From an uncultured Methanosarcinaceae archaeon (lineage in GTDB: Archaea > Halobacteriota > Methanosarcinia > Methanosarcinales > Methanosarcinaceae), in assembly GCA_963847185.1 (NCBI GenBank), contig CAWJYV010000007.1:256001-320000 (forward strand): 64,000 nucleotides of DNA, given 5' to 3'. The translations under genes and the position numbers were made by a program. Positions 30,524 through 40,993 of this stretch are shown piece by piece (position 1 is the first letter of the stretch; each line of letters opens with the position of its first letter). The notes beneath the pieces were generated by a model, which did not search any database, was not told the DNA's origin, and worked only from the letters and a program-made list of their open reading frames with translations.

Positions 30524-30742
30524 AGGATACTTCAGGTTCAATTCAAACTCAATTGTAAATATTTAATACGCCAACAATAGATCTTTTGATATTGGTATTT
30601 ATTTAAGTGATGTATAATTACTAATTTTAAAAAACGTAATCTATAGATAGTAATCTTCGGAATTGAGTTTAAAGAATGAGGAGAGTAAAAACAGAACTTT
30701 TAGATAACTGCTCCTCATATATCTCCAAAAGCTTTTAAGAGT

Positions 30743-31810
30743 TTAACATTCGTCGAGCATAAAGGCTCTGGGCCTTATGATCCTTTTCCTCTCATACTGG
30801 TCGAAACAATGGGCTATCCAGCCTGAGACTCTGCCAATTGCAAAAATGGATGTTGCAAGTTGAGGGGGGATGTCCATATACTTGTAGATAACTCCTGAGT
30901 AAAAGTCTACGTTCGGATAGATTGGTTTTCCTTTTTTTTCTACAAGTTCATGGATAACAGTATTTTCTATTATTTCGGCTGTTTTGTACCAGTGCATGTC
31001 CCCTTTTTCTTCTGCGAGTTGTTTAGAAAGCTGCTTGAATATCGTGCCTCTGGGGTCATAAGTTTTGTACACTCTATGCCCGAAGCCCATTATCCTCTCT
31101 CTCTGGCTTAATTTTTCGAGGACATAATTCTCTGCATTTTCCGGGCTGCCGATTTCTTCGAGCATGGTCATAACCTCTGCTCTTGCACCTCCATGGAGAG
31201 GGCCTTTAAGGGTACAGAGTCCGGATACAATAGCTGAGTACAAATCTGAAAAAGTGGATGCAGTAACTCTTGACGAGAACGTGGAAGCGTTAAGCTCATG
31301 CTCTGCACTGAGAATAAAGTCTTTTTCCATGACCTCAGCTTCCAGTGCAGTTGGCCTGCTTCCTTTTAGCATGTACAGGAAGTTTGCTCCGTGAGAGAGG
31401 GATGCATCAGGGGGGACAGGTTCTTTTCCATTTGCCACTCTGTAGTATGCAGCAACAATGGTTGGGATCCTGGCAATTAACCGTATGGCTTTTCTCATAT
31501 TTCCTTCAGGAGAACTGTCTTCAAGGTCTGGATCAAATTGTGACATGAACGAAACAACAGTACGCAGCGCTTCCATGGCGTCAACACTGAAATTACACAT
31601 CCGGATAACATCCAATACCTCCCTGCTTATTTCACGTTCCCCATGCAGGCGGGCTGAATACTCTGCAAGCTCCTGATCTGCTGGAAGTTCTCCCTGGATA
31701 AGCAGATAAGAAACTGCATCATAGGGAAACTCAACCAGCTGATTGATGTCTATTTCCCTGTATTTCAGAATGCCCTCCAGCCCGTCAATGAAACATATAT
31801 TTTTACTCAT
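30743..31810 (-). CDS. gltA: Citrate synthase
   Basis: AEHELNASTF, LKGPLHGGA, MGFGHRVYKTYDPR, YPNVDFYSG. Confidence 0.94.
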   Translation of the reverse strand: MSKNICFIDGLEGILKYREIDINQLVEFPYDAVSYLLIQGELPADQELAEYSARLHGEREISREVLDVIRMCNFSVDAMEALRTVVSFMSQFDPDLEDSSPEGNMRKAIRLIARIPTIVAAYYRVANGKEPVPPDASLSHGANFLYMLKGSRPTALEAEVMEKDFILSAEHELNASTFSSRVTASTFSDLYSAIVSGLCTLKGPLHGGARAEVMTMLEEIGSPENAENYVLEKLSQRERIMGFGHRVYKTYDPRGTIFKQLSKQLAEEKGDMHWYKTAEIIENTVIHELVEKKGKPIYPNVDFYSGVIYKYMDIPPQLATSIFAIGRVSGWIAHCFDQYERKRIIRPRAFMLDEC

Positions 31811-32226
31811 TTTCTACCTCGCAGTTATGCATAGAGGATTTTTCAAAAAACTTTGAAATTTGGGGAAATCCTCTGATTATACGTGAAAGATTTAACACGA
31901 AGGGCCTTTTGAGGCCCAAAAATAGGGTGACAATGCATTTCTATTATCGTTGAATAAGTATATTAAATTTGTTGAATTTCTATCTCCAGATCTTTATATT
32001 TATTTTCTCAATTTTAAAGATGCTGCGGCGTTAGACCATTTCATTATATTTGATATGATATATAATATCTTCGGGATGCCGAATTTTTATAAATATCCAT
32101 TGAAACCAAAAAACCTCTCGTCTGGCCCTGAGTCAAAAAGAAAGGTTCTAAAAAAAGAGAAGCTCTCTAAAGAGCTCATAGAACCTTTCAAATAGAATTT
32201 TCATTCAATTCAGCTATTATAATTTG

Positions 32227-35055
32227 TTATTTTTTCTTCACAGAATCCCGCAGGAACTTATGCAAAATCCCGCCATTCCTGTAGTATTCAATTTCTACAT
32301 TTGAATCCAGCCTCAATGTTACCTGGAATCGAATCTCTTCCCCTTTTTCGTCTTTTGCCCTTACAGTGACTTCTCCGTGGGGTTCCATGTTTTCAATACC
32401 CAGGATATCATAGCTTTCCTTTCCTGTAAGCCCAAGGGTATCAGCATTTTCTCCAGCTTTAAACTGCAGTGGAAGAACTCCCATGCCTACAAGGTTGCTT
32501 CTATGGATTCTCTCAAAGGACTCGGCAATAACTGCCTTAACTCCGAGCAGGAAAGTACCTTTAGCTGCCCAGTCTCTGGAGCTGCCTGTTCCGTATTCCT
32601 TTCCTGCTATGATTACGAGGGGAGTATTGTTTTCCGCGTAAAGCATAGCCGCATCATAGATCGGGATTCCTCCGCAGGATTCCTCAGGGAATTCCTCTTT
32701 CCGGAGGTGGTATACAGTCCAGCCTCCTTCTCTGCTTACTAGCCTGTTTCTAAGCCTGATATTTCCAAAGGTTCCGCGCATCATTACTTCATGGTTGCCT
32801 CGTCTGGATCCATAGGAGTTAAAGTCTTTTGCATCCACTCCCCAGGATATCAGGTACTTGCCTGCGGGACTATCTGAGGGAATATCTCCTGCAGGGGAAA
32901 TATGGTCTGTAGTGATGCTATCTCCGAACATAGCCAGAACTCTTGCACCCTTTATATCCTCAAGCAAAGATGACGCAAGCGGGAAGTCTACGAAATAAGG
33001 TGGTTCCTGAATGTAGGTGGACATCGAGTTCCAATCATAGAGGGTACTTGCTGGAACATTCAGTTCTTTCCAGAGTTTGGGGCCCTCAAGAGCGCCTGAA
33101 TACTCTTTTTCAAACATTGAAGGTTTAATGCTGTTCTTTTCAACGTTCCTGATTTCCTCCTCTGCAGGCCAGATATCTTTGAGGTAGACTGGGCGGCCAT
33201 TGGGATCATAAGCAAGAGGATCGGTTTCTAAGTTGATGTTTACAGTTCCTGCAATTGCATAAGCAACCACGAGAGGGGGAGATGCAAGGTAGTTTGCTCT
33301 GACAAGCGGATTGACTCTTCCCTCAAAGTTCCTGTTTCCGCTAAGTACGGCTGCAACAGTAAGATCGTTTTCTTCCACTTCCTTTGCAACAAATTCAGGT
33401 AGGGATCCACTATTTCCTATGCAGGTAGTACAGCCATACCCGACCTGGTGGAAACCCAGGGCTTCGAGGTAGGGCAGAAGGCCTGCAGCTCCAAGGTACT
33501 CCGTAGCGACTCTTGAGCCAGGAGATAGGCTTGTTTTTACAAAGGGTTTTACTCTGAGACCTCTTTCTACAGCCTTTTTAGCGAGCAGTCCGGCTCCTAT
33601 GAGCACAGAAGGATTTGAGGTATTGGTACAGGAAGTAATAGCCGCAATAACTACGGAGCCATGCGTGACTTTAAAGGTCTTTTCTGGAGATTCTGGCTCC
33701 TTTACCTCTTCTACCTCTTGGGATTCAGATTCCCCTGCAGGTGTTCCTCCTTCTCCTACCCAGCGCTGGTAAGCACGGTCTCTGGAAAGTTCAATTCCAG
33801 CCTCTTTCTTCCGGGTAAAGGTCTGTTGCATTGTCTGGCGATAATTTTCAGGTACTTCGCTTAAGAAGAGCTGATCTTGAGGGCGCCTGGGGCCTGCAAG
33901 GCAGGGTTTTACCGTACCCATATCCAGTTCCAGGACACTGCTGAATAGAGGTTCAGGCTTGTGGACAGAATAAAGAAGATCCTGAGCTTCGAGATACTTT
34001 TTCACGAGGTCAACCTGCTCTTCACTCCTGCCAGTTCTCCGCAGGTAGTCCAAGGTCTCGGCATCAGGCGGGAAAATTCCAAGGGTTGCCCCATACTCAG
34101 GAGCCATGTTAGAGATAGTTGCCCTGTCAGGAAGGCTCAGGGAATTCAAACCTGGCCCGAAGAATTCTACGAATTTACCGACAACTCCTTTTTTTCTCAG
34201 AATCTTTGTGATTGTCAGGACAAGGTCTGTGGCAGTAACTCCAGGTTCCAGTTTTCCGTAGAGTTTGAAACCAATAACCTCAGGAACTGGCATATAGTAA
34301 GGCTGTCCGAGCATTACTGCTTCGGCTTCTATGCCTCCTACACCCCAGCCGAGCACTCCTATCCCATTTATCATTGTAGTGTGGGAGTCAGTTCCCACAA
34401 GGGTATCAGGAAATGCCGATAACTCTCCATTCTTTTCTTTAAGGTGCACGAGGGGGGTCAGGTATTCAAGGTTTACCTGATGGATGATTCCTCTTCCAGG
34501 GGGTACAACCCTGAAGTTATCAAAAGCTTTCTGAGCCCAGCGGAGGACAGAATATCTTTCATTATTGCGTTCAAACTCTATTCTCTCGTTTTCCTCAAGA
34601 GAATATGCTGTCCCGTAGGAATCAACCTGAACTGAATGGTCAATGACCAGATCTGCAGGGATAACAGGATTAATTTTCGCTGGGTCGCCCCCAAGACGCT
34701 GCATTGCCGAGCGAAGAGCTGCCAGGTCTACCACAGCAGGAACACCTGTAAAATCCTGCATAATTACTCTTGAAGGAATGAATGGGATGTCTTTTTCTCC
34801 TATATTTTGAGGATTCCAGCGAGCAAGGGCCTCTACATCCTCGGCAGTTATTAGGTGCTTTTCAGTATCTGCATGCCTGAGCAGGGATTCCAGCAAAATC
34901 CTTATGGAATATGGGAGCAGGGAAATCCCCTCAAAGCCTTTTTCTTCCAGTTTGCCCAATCTGTAAATCGTAGCTTTTCCGGCAGCGGTTTCAATAATGT
35001 CTCTTACCCCAAAGGGATCCGGACCTTCTCTCATGTATTTCTTTACCTCCAGCAA
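32227..35055 (-). CDS. acnA: Aconitate hydratase AcnA
   Basis: QDFTGVPAVVD, DSHTTMING, ITSCTNTSNP, GCTTCIGNSG, GSSRDWAAKG. Confidence 0.97.
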   Translation of the reverse strand: MLEVKKYMREGPDPFGVRDIIETAAGKATIYRLGKLEEKGFEGISLLPYSIRILLESLLRHADTEKHLITAEDVEALARWNPQNIGEKDIPFIPSRVIMQDFTGVPAVVDLAALRSAMQRLGGDPAKINPVIPADLVIDHSVQVDSYGTAYSLEENERIEFERNNERYSVLRWAQKAFDNFRVVPPGRGIIHQVNLEYLTPLVHLKEKNGELSAFPDTLVGTDSHTTMINGIGVLGWGVGGIEAEAVMLGQPYYMPVPEVIGFKLYGKLEPGVTATDLVLTITKILRKKGVVGKFVEFFGPGLNSLSLPDRATISNMAPEYGATLGIFPPDAETLDYLRRTGRSEEQVDLVKKYLEAQDLLYSVHKPEPLFSSVLELDMGTVKPCLAGPRRPQDQLFLSEVPENYRQTMQQTFTRKKEAGIELSRDRAYQRWVGEGGTPAGESESQEVEEVKEPESPEKTFKVTHGSVVIAAITSCTNTSNPSVLIGAGLLAKKAVERGLRVKPFVKTSLSPGSRVATEYLGAAGLLPYLEALGFHQVGYGCTTCIGNSGSLPEFVAKEVEENDLTVAAVLSGNRNFEGRVNPLVRANYLASPPLVVAYAIAGTVNINLETDPLAYDPNGRPVYLKDIWPAEEEIRNVEKNSIKPSMFEKEYSGALEGPKLWKELNVPASTLYDWNSMSTYIQEPPYFVDFPLASSLLEDIKGARVLAMFGDSITTDHISPAGDIPSDSPAGKYLISWGVDAKDFNSYGSRRGNHEVMMRGTFGNIRLRNRLVSREGGWTVYHLRKEEFPEESCGGIPIYDAAMLYAENNTPLVIIAGKEYGTGSSRDWAAKGTFLLGVKAVIAESFERIHRSNLVGMGVLPLQFKAGENADTLGLTGKESYDILGIENMEPHGEVTVRAKDEKGEEIRFQVTLRLDSNVEIEYYRNGGILHKFLRDSVKKK

Positions 35056-35373
35056 AAATATGAAATTAAAACTATGATAATATGGACTTTCCTTTTATCC
35101 TGTGAAAGCTCCATCTTGTCTTTTGACTATTTTATTCCTTCGGGTTTAATTTACCTATGTGGATATGAAAGTTAGGTGCGTACTTACTCTTTTTTCTTAC
35201 TTTTTTTCGAAACAGAATGATACTGTGCTTCAATTAACTTATATCTCTATCTCTATATAATATTGATTTTAGTTTCTAAGCCGAATAATATTGTATAATA
35301 TTGTTATTCATCCAGAATTCAAAGAATCAAACAATTCTGGTTTCTTTATCTGGAATATCTAAAATTAAAAAGG

Positions 35374-35463
35374 AAAATAGGTTAAAACAAAGTAGATTAA
35401 ACTAAAATAGGTTGAAATAAAATAGATTTAACTAAAACAGGTTTAACTAAAATAGGTTGAAAG
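35374..35463. repeat. Degenerate 15-bp tandem repeat x6
   Basis: aaaataggttaaaac / aaagtagattaaact / aaaataggttgaaat / aaaatagatttaact / aaaacaggtttaact / aaaataggttgaaag. Confidence 0.85.
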
Positions 35464-35482
35464 AAAAAAGATTAGGGGCTGC

Positions 35483-36955
35483 TTATTCTTCAGCAGCTCC
35501 AATTGTTACGGTATACTCAAAGTTTTCAGTGTTTTTGGGCAGGATTGAGAGTGTCCATTTTCCCGCAGCTCCTGGGACTTTATAGGTTTCTACAAAGGTT
35601 GTAGTTCCTCCCTGGTAGCTTCCCTGGTTATTTGTTCCCGTGTCCCCTGCAATTCTTGTGTCGTATAATATAGGATATGGCTGTGGATAAGTATCATCCA
35701 CTACACTAATTGAACCGATGTATTTTGTGTTTACAAGAGCAGGCTTAACATCTTTTCCTGAGGGGTTTTTCAGGCTTATATTAAAGGAAGGGGTCAGATT
35801 CTCGTTTCCTCCACTTGTATACAGGCCGTACCCGTACTGATAGGATTTAACTTCTATGGTAATGGGTCCGTCTGTTTTTGCTTCAAAGGCAGTTTCGTAA
35901 GGTTCTTTCATAACCGGAAGGATACGGAAGCTGAGAGAAACTCTTCCTGCATATTCCTGGATTCCCGGGTCATCAATGTTCAGGTCAAGACTGTCACTGT
36001 AGCTGCCCTTTGCATTGGCAGGAACCGCAAGTTTAAGCTTTACAACGGCTGTTTGCCCTGCTTTTATTTTATCTGGAGATTCCACAGTAATTGCCTCTTT
36101 TCCAAAGGCCTGTCCTAACGCAGTTGGGGAAGAAGCTACAGAGGAAGAAGCTACAGAGGAAGAAGCCATGTCTACAGAGGAGGATACGCTCTCAGCGTAA
36201 ACAATATTTCCTTCTTCAGTAAGCTCGGGGGAGAGGGAAATATCTTTATCTCCAGTATTCTTGAGCTTTATCTCATAAGTATAGTCTTTTCCTGCTTCCA
36301 CCAGATCATTGACATAAGGTGTAAGGATCTGAACTGTCGGTGGAACCCAAACCTGTATGTTCAGCTGCATTGTGCCCGGGAAGCTCGCATAATAACCTGC
36401 TACATCTCCTTCAGGTACGTTTTCCGTAAAGGCTATGAGTACGGCGTAATTTCCAATTTCAGCATCTTCTGGTATGTTCACCTTTACCTCAAACTCCTCT
36501 TTCTCTCCGGGATTAAGAGATTTTTCGGAGGGACTTATGCTGATCCAGCTTTCATTTATGAACTTTTCAGTATACGGGATAATTAAAGGCTTTGGATTGA
36601 GTTCTATTGTTTTGTTGTCTTTGTTTGTCACGGTTACAGTAAAGTTTTCACTGTCCCCGGGCTGTACCTGTAAGTACTTATAAGTCGGATCGATAGTTAT
36701 TTTTTCGAACTCAGGGAAATAATCTCCAGCAGCTGCAGATGAAGGCGCACTGCCTGCTCCAACTTTCGCCTGCACGGCTTCATCCTCTGTGATCTCTACA
36801 GCATTTGTATCAGTTTTATCCTTTACAATCTCCAGAGTATTTTTGGCCCCTGCCCCTGCGCAAACAATCGAAATGATTGCTATAAAAAGGAGCCCACATA
36901 TAATTCCCTTTAACATCTTTGTATTATGTGTACTCATAGTATTCACCTCGCTCAT
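35483..36955 (-). CDS. Secreted/surface protein with Ig-like (COG1470/NEW3-like) domains
   Basis: N-terminal signal; VQPGDSENFTVTVTN, LNPGEKEEFEVKVNIPEDAEIGNY; internal ASSSV repeats. Confidence 0.75.
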   Translation of the reverse strand: MSEVNTMSTHNTKMLKGIICGLLFIAIISIVCAGAGAKNTLEIVKDKTDTNAVEITEDEAVQAKVGAGSAPSSAAAGDYFPEFEKITIDPTYKYLQVQPGDSENFTVTVTNKDNKTIELNPKPLIIPYTEKFINESWISISPSEKSLNPGEKEEFEVKVNIPEDAEIGNYAVLIAFTENVPEGDVAGYYASFPGTMQLNIQVWVPPTVQILTPYVNDLVEAGKDYTYEIKLKNTGDKDISLSPELTEEGNIVYAESVSSSVDMASSSVASSSVASSPTALGQAFGKEAITVESPDKIKAGQTAVVKLKLAVPANAKGSYSDSLDLNIDDPGIQEYAGRVSLSFRILPVMKEPYETAFEAKTDGPITIEVKSYQYGYGLYTSGGNENLTPSFNISLKNPSGKDVKPALVNTKYIGSISVVDDTYPQPYPILYDTRIAGDTGTNNQGSYQGGTTTFVETYKVPGAAGKWTLSILPKNTENFEYTVTIGAAEE

Positions 36956-37335
36956 TATTTACAAGGCGTGAAACTTATAAAAGAATTACTTAAACTACGA
37001 ATTCATTTGCAGTTATTTTCAGAAAATAAGGGTTTAAACACGTTATTTTTTCCTTTTTCTCCTTTTCAGAGCTCGTATCCCAAAAAGGTTTGTTTAATGT
37101 CTTTTTGAAACTCGGTTTTGTCCCCAGTTCTTAAAGGTTTGACTTTACAGCAAGAGGTAAACGGAAAGAAATATCAAATCTAAGGATTAAACTCTAGTAA
37201 GTGTTTATGTCCCTGAAGTAAGTACTTTTGATAAGATAATAAGTATGATTTGTGAGATAAGTAATTATGATCCTAAGGTAAATATTAAGATTAGAAGTAA
37301 TAGCGTTTGCTCTTAAAACCGCCTCACGCTGCGAA

Positions 37336-38136
37336 ATGTTCGGATACCGACAGAGGTATTTTGTTTCAGAAAGGGATGGGATGTTCTTGCTTAAAAATAA
37401 AAAAGGAGTATTTGATAAGCTTTCAGATGCAGGTCTCAGGATCCGAAATAAATCTGAGTCAAGAAAGGCTTTATCACGTGATTCTTTTTTTGAATCAGGG
37501 CCTTTGATAGATGCTGATTTTGTTGAGGTAGGTGAAGATAATCATTCTTGTTCAGATTCTTCTTCCTCTTCTTCTGAATCAAATTCCAAGTCAACAATTG
37601 ACTCAGAATTGCTGGAAAATCTTAGAGAATACCTCAAAACGAGGTCTCAGGAAGAAATCTCAGAGATATTTGGAGAAATCCGGAAAATTCTGGAAAACAG
37701 ATCTTTTGAAAGTAAATCAAGTTCTGGAAAGGGAAAAGAAGCCCCTTATAATGAAAGATTAAATCTAAAAGAAATTTCAAAGAAGGCCTTTATAATCTTT
37801 CGTGAAACTGCTTCCTTTGGAAAGAAGCAAATAATGGATGCCTCAAAAACCGCCTCGATACAGGCATCATCAATAGCATCAGAGGGGAAAGAATCAATAA
37901 AACTATCTTCAAAAAAATTCAATGAGCACTGGAACAATTTAAGTCCGCGAGATCGACAAATTATTTCCGAACTAATAGTTGCAATGATCGAAATAGGTTT
38001 GCTTAAAGGAGCCAGTAAAAGTAAAAAAGCAGCTTTTGCCATTTTGTCAAGTGTTTACAGGCATCAGACTCCTGGCAGAACAGACCTGGAAGAGTTTGCA
38101 GAGGGTTTACAGAAACTTTTCAAGCGGAAGCGTTAA
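37336..38136 (+). CDS. Hypothetical protein (Ser-rich linker, helical)
   Basis: 266-codon ORF, start may be ATG 37381; stop overlaps the convergent vWA gene. Confidence 0.7.
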   Translation: MFGYRQRYFVSERDGMFLLKNKKGVFDKLSDAGLRIRNKSESRKALSRDSFFESGPLIDADFVEVGEDNHSCSDSSSSSSESNSKSTIDSELLENLREYLKTRSQEEISEIFGEIRKILENRSFESKSSSGKGKEAPYNERLNLKEISKKAFIIFRETASFGKKQIMDASKTASIQASSIASEGKESIKLSSKKFNEHWNNLSPRDRQIISELIVAMIEIGLLKGASKSKKAAFAILSSVYRHQTPGRTDLEEFAEGLQKLFKRKR

Positions 38137-39908
38137 AACCTGATATGTCTGCTTATTGCCTTTACAAAGCTTGCAGGGCTCTCTTCTACTTCCCAGTTTT
38201 CTGAATTTCTGATGATGTATGTATGGTCTGAAACCTGTTCCAGCCCGCCTGCATCATAATTTCCTATTATTAGAGAGAATATTCGGGCCTTTTTTTCAGC
38301 TTTTATCTCATTCCATTCTCTTATAAGGGGCCTTTCGGAAAGTTCGGATATCCCGTCTGTAAGGAAAAGAAGATCTGCTCCTTCAAAGGCTCTTTCTGTT
38401 TTCATCGCCTTCAGGCCTGCTCGAAGTGCGGTATTGAAATCCGTCCCTCCTCCGAAAGTAAATTTGAGGAATTCAAGGAACTCCTGGCCCATACGCTTTT
38501 TATCCGTAAGCTCAATTTCAAAGGTCTGCCACTTTGAGGAAAAGAGAATTACTTTTACGTCCCTGCCTTCTCTCAGCATTCTTTTTGCAACTGCCAGCAT
38601 CACGGCTTTTGCCAGGGTCTCCGAACTTCCTCTCATAGAGGCCGATGTGTCCACAAGAGCAATTACCGGGCCTTTTCTTTTTTTTCCTGCAGTGTCCGAG
38701 TTCCAGTTTTCTCCTTTTAACTGGTAAGTCAGGAGTTTTCCTTCCAGCATGTCAGCATAAAATTTTCGTTTTAAAAGGGGATTTTTCAACTTTACCGTCT
38801 CTACCGGAAGCAGGGTCTGGATCTCACTTGACATGGTAATTGAGTGTACCTCACTTTTGCTGTATGGAGAAAGATTTAATTTTTTTGAGCCGTATTCAAG
38901 TTCGATTCTTCCAATATGTTCCAGAATTTTGTGAAGCTCGGAACTCTTCCTAAGAATTGCTGCATATTTTTCAAGATTTCCAAAGTATTCCCTGTGCAGG
39001 GCTTGCAAGGAGTAGTTCCAGGTTTTTCCTGGAAAAAGCATTGAAAGGATTTCAAGCATCTCAAGATTGTCTTCAAGAACAGGGATAAGCTTTTCAATAC
39101 TTGCAGCTAGCCTTTCTCCTACTACTGAATCCAGTATCTCTCCCGCTTTTTCGCAGGCCATAAATTCTCTGGTCAGCGAAGCTAGTTTTTCTGACCCCAT
39201 CACTTCTCCAGATTGCTGTTCAGAATTTTCCAGGGCCTCATCCTCAAAACCTTTAAGGAAATTTTCCTGATTTCCCCCTTTCTCTTGTTTTTCTCTTATC
39301 TCGTGCTTTTCTTCATATTCCTGATTTTTCTGATTGTCTTCTTCAGGTACAGGTTTTTCCAGGGGAATATTCTGTTCAGCCTGCCACTGGAAATTTTTCT
39401 CCATCCCCTGAAATCTTTTCTTTTCCCATACAGCCTGAGTCTCATTTATCAATTTTTTCAGGGCTGTCAGGGTTTTTTCCAGATTTTTGGGAAATTTCTT
39501 TGAAAATTCGTATTCTATTTTTCCGAAGTCATCGAGTAGTGAAAAAATCTCGTCAAGAAGAGTTCTCAGGATAAAGATTCCTGCCATGTTATTGGCAGCG
39601 GCAAGGGTCTTTATTTCTGCCCAGCCTTCCAGGCTCCTCATGTTCAAAAATATTGGGTAAAAGACCCCAAACTTTCTCATAAATAGCTTTTCATCCTTTA
39701 TTTCATATCCATTTTCTGAAAAAAGCTCATAAATAAGAATTTCTGCAATCCCTTCCCTTAATTTTCTTGGCGTCTTTCGTGGGATTGCCAAAATATTTCT
39801 TAGTTCAAAATTCAAGATTGTAAAGGGACTGAAGGTATTGTCGAATGGTAAAGAGCCTTGTCCAGACTTACCTTCAGCCTTTTCCATCGGGATTTTTGAT
39901 TCCTGCAT
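38133..39908 (-). CDS. vWA domain protein, ViaA-like
   Basis: KGPVIALVDTSASM (MIDAS DxSxS), FGGGTDF, LFLTDG, LLPVE..KL...F...EGKLLTYQ. Confidence 0.88.
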   Translation of the reverse strand: MQESKIPMEKAEGKSGQGSLPFDNTFSPFTILNFELRNILAIPRKTPRKLREGIAEILIYELFSENGYEIKDEKLFMRKFGVFYPIFLNMRSLEGWAEIKTLAAANNMAGIFILRTLLDEIFSLLDDFGKIEYEFSKKFPKNLEKTLTALKKLINETQAVWEKKRFQGMEKNFQWQAEQNIPLEKPVPEEDNQKNQEYEEKHEIREKQEKGGNQENFLKGFEDEALENSEQQSGEVMGSEKLASLTREFMACEKAGEILDSVVGERLAASIEKLIPVLEDNLEMLEILSMLFPGKTWNYSLQALHREYFGNLEKYAAILRKSSELHKILEHIGRIELEYGSKKLNLSPYSKSEVHSITMSSEIQTLLPVETVKLKNPLLKRKFYADMLEGKLLTYQLKGENWNSDTAGKKRKGPVIALVDTSASMRGSSETLAKAVMLAVAKRMLREGRDVKVILFSSKWQTFEIELTDKKRMGQEFLEFLKFTFGGGTDFNTALRAGLKAMKTERAFEGADLLFLTDGISELSERPLIREWNEIKAEKKARIFSLIIGNYDAGGLEQVSDHTYIIRNSENWEVEESPASFVKAISRHIRF

Positions 39909-40509
39909 ATTTTCCTTTCCCGTACTTTTTTAAAACTTTTCAGATATTTTTATTCAATTCTTTTTCTGTACTCTGGTTACATTTCTTAGTTATTGGTTAA
40001 TCTAACAAAAAGAAAGTTTTTTGTGAGGGATTCGAATATTTTTATGCATATTGTTTTTTCTTAATTTATATTTCAATATGGATATATAGTCAAGTTATAT
40101 TATCAAAATAAATAATTGGTTAAATTATGAAAATTTAGATTATTAATGATGAGACTTTAATTTCCTAATTTCTACTTCTCGATATATTATATCATTTGAA
40201 CTTTAATACTCTAATTGTCTGCCTGAAACCTTTCTCATTTGTATGTAGAAATATAAACTGAGACGTTAGAACATTTCTACTGTTTAGATTTTGTGAGTAT
40301 TGGGTAGGTCACAGAACTTGCACGATTGAACTGATGTATAATAGTATTAAATCGTTAACTGTCTAAAATACATCTTTAAACTATGATGTTTTGTGATCGT
40401 GATTCGTATATCAAAGATAAGGACTAAGTTAACTGCAAGGTTATTTTCACGACTAAGTCCATAAATACTCTGAATTATATTACAATTTAATAATAGTGGG
40501 GTCAAAAAT

Positions 40510-40803
40510 ATGAGTAAGAATAATGGAATAAGGGGTGTGTCCATATTTGTTGGAGTGCTGCTTTGTATAACATTAACGCAGCCTGCAATTGCGCCATGGA
40601 ACTCTCCGAACTGGAACATACCAAATTGGAACGCAACGGACTGGAATACAACTACAGGGAATTCAACTCTAGTAAACACAACTACAGAGAACACAACGAC
40701 ATGGAATTCAACTAATGGTTCTGTTCCATCCTCAAATCTCATGAACATTTCTATTCCGGCTTTCAAGGGAATAAATGTTTCAATTCCGCGAAATGGAACG
40801 TAA
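40510..40803 (+). CDS. Small secreted protein with W-N-x-T-x pentapeptide repeats (possibly truncated)
   Basis: Signal peptide ...QPAIA then WNSPN WNIPN WNATD WNTTT GNSTL VNTTT ENTTT WNSTN. Confidence 0.6.
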   Translation: MSKNNGIRGVSIFVGVLLCITLTQPAIAPWNSPNWNIPNWNATDWNTTTGNSTLVNTTTENTTTWNSTNGSVPSSNLMNISIPAFKGINVSIPRNGT

Positions 40804-40993
40804 TTACCGGAATATAATAACATTGAATGAAATACCTGGAATAAGATACAACAAAGGCTTGCGAGGTTGAATCAGCTAGTTATCAAATCTAAAAAACGAG
40901 CAATTCCTTTTTCAGGAATATTGTGAGGTTTTATGCTCATTATTTTCAATAGTTGATTCCATGCCTCATATTTTTTAATCGCAACTCCCTTTT

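Noticed and set aside
30743-35055. Citrate synthase and AcnA in a methanogen as a novelty
   Set aside because: The oxidative TCA branch to 2-oxoglutarate is established in Methanosarcina.
35374-35463. Possible CRISPR array
   Set aside because: Units are 15 bp, degenerate and contiguous with no unique spacers; no cas genes. The same applies to the repeats at 44862 and 45411.
36126-36182. 15-bp repeat gaagaagctacagag
   Set aside because: In-frame coding repeat (ASSSV linker) of the surface protein; ordinary low-complexity expansion.
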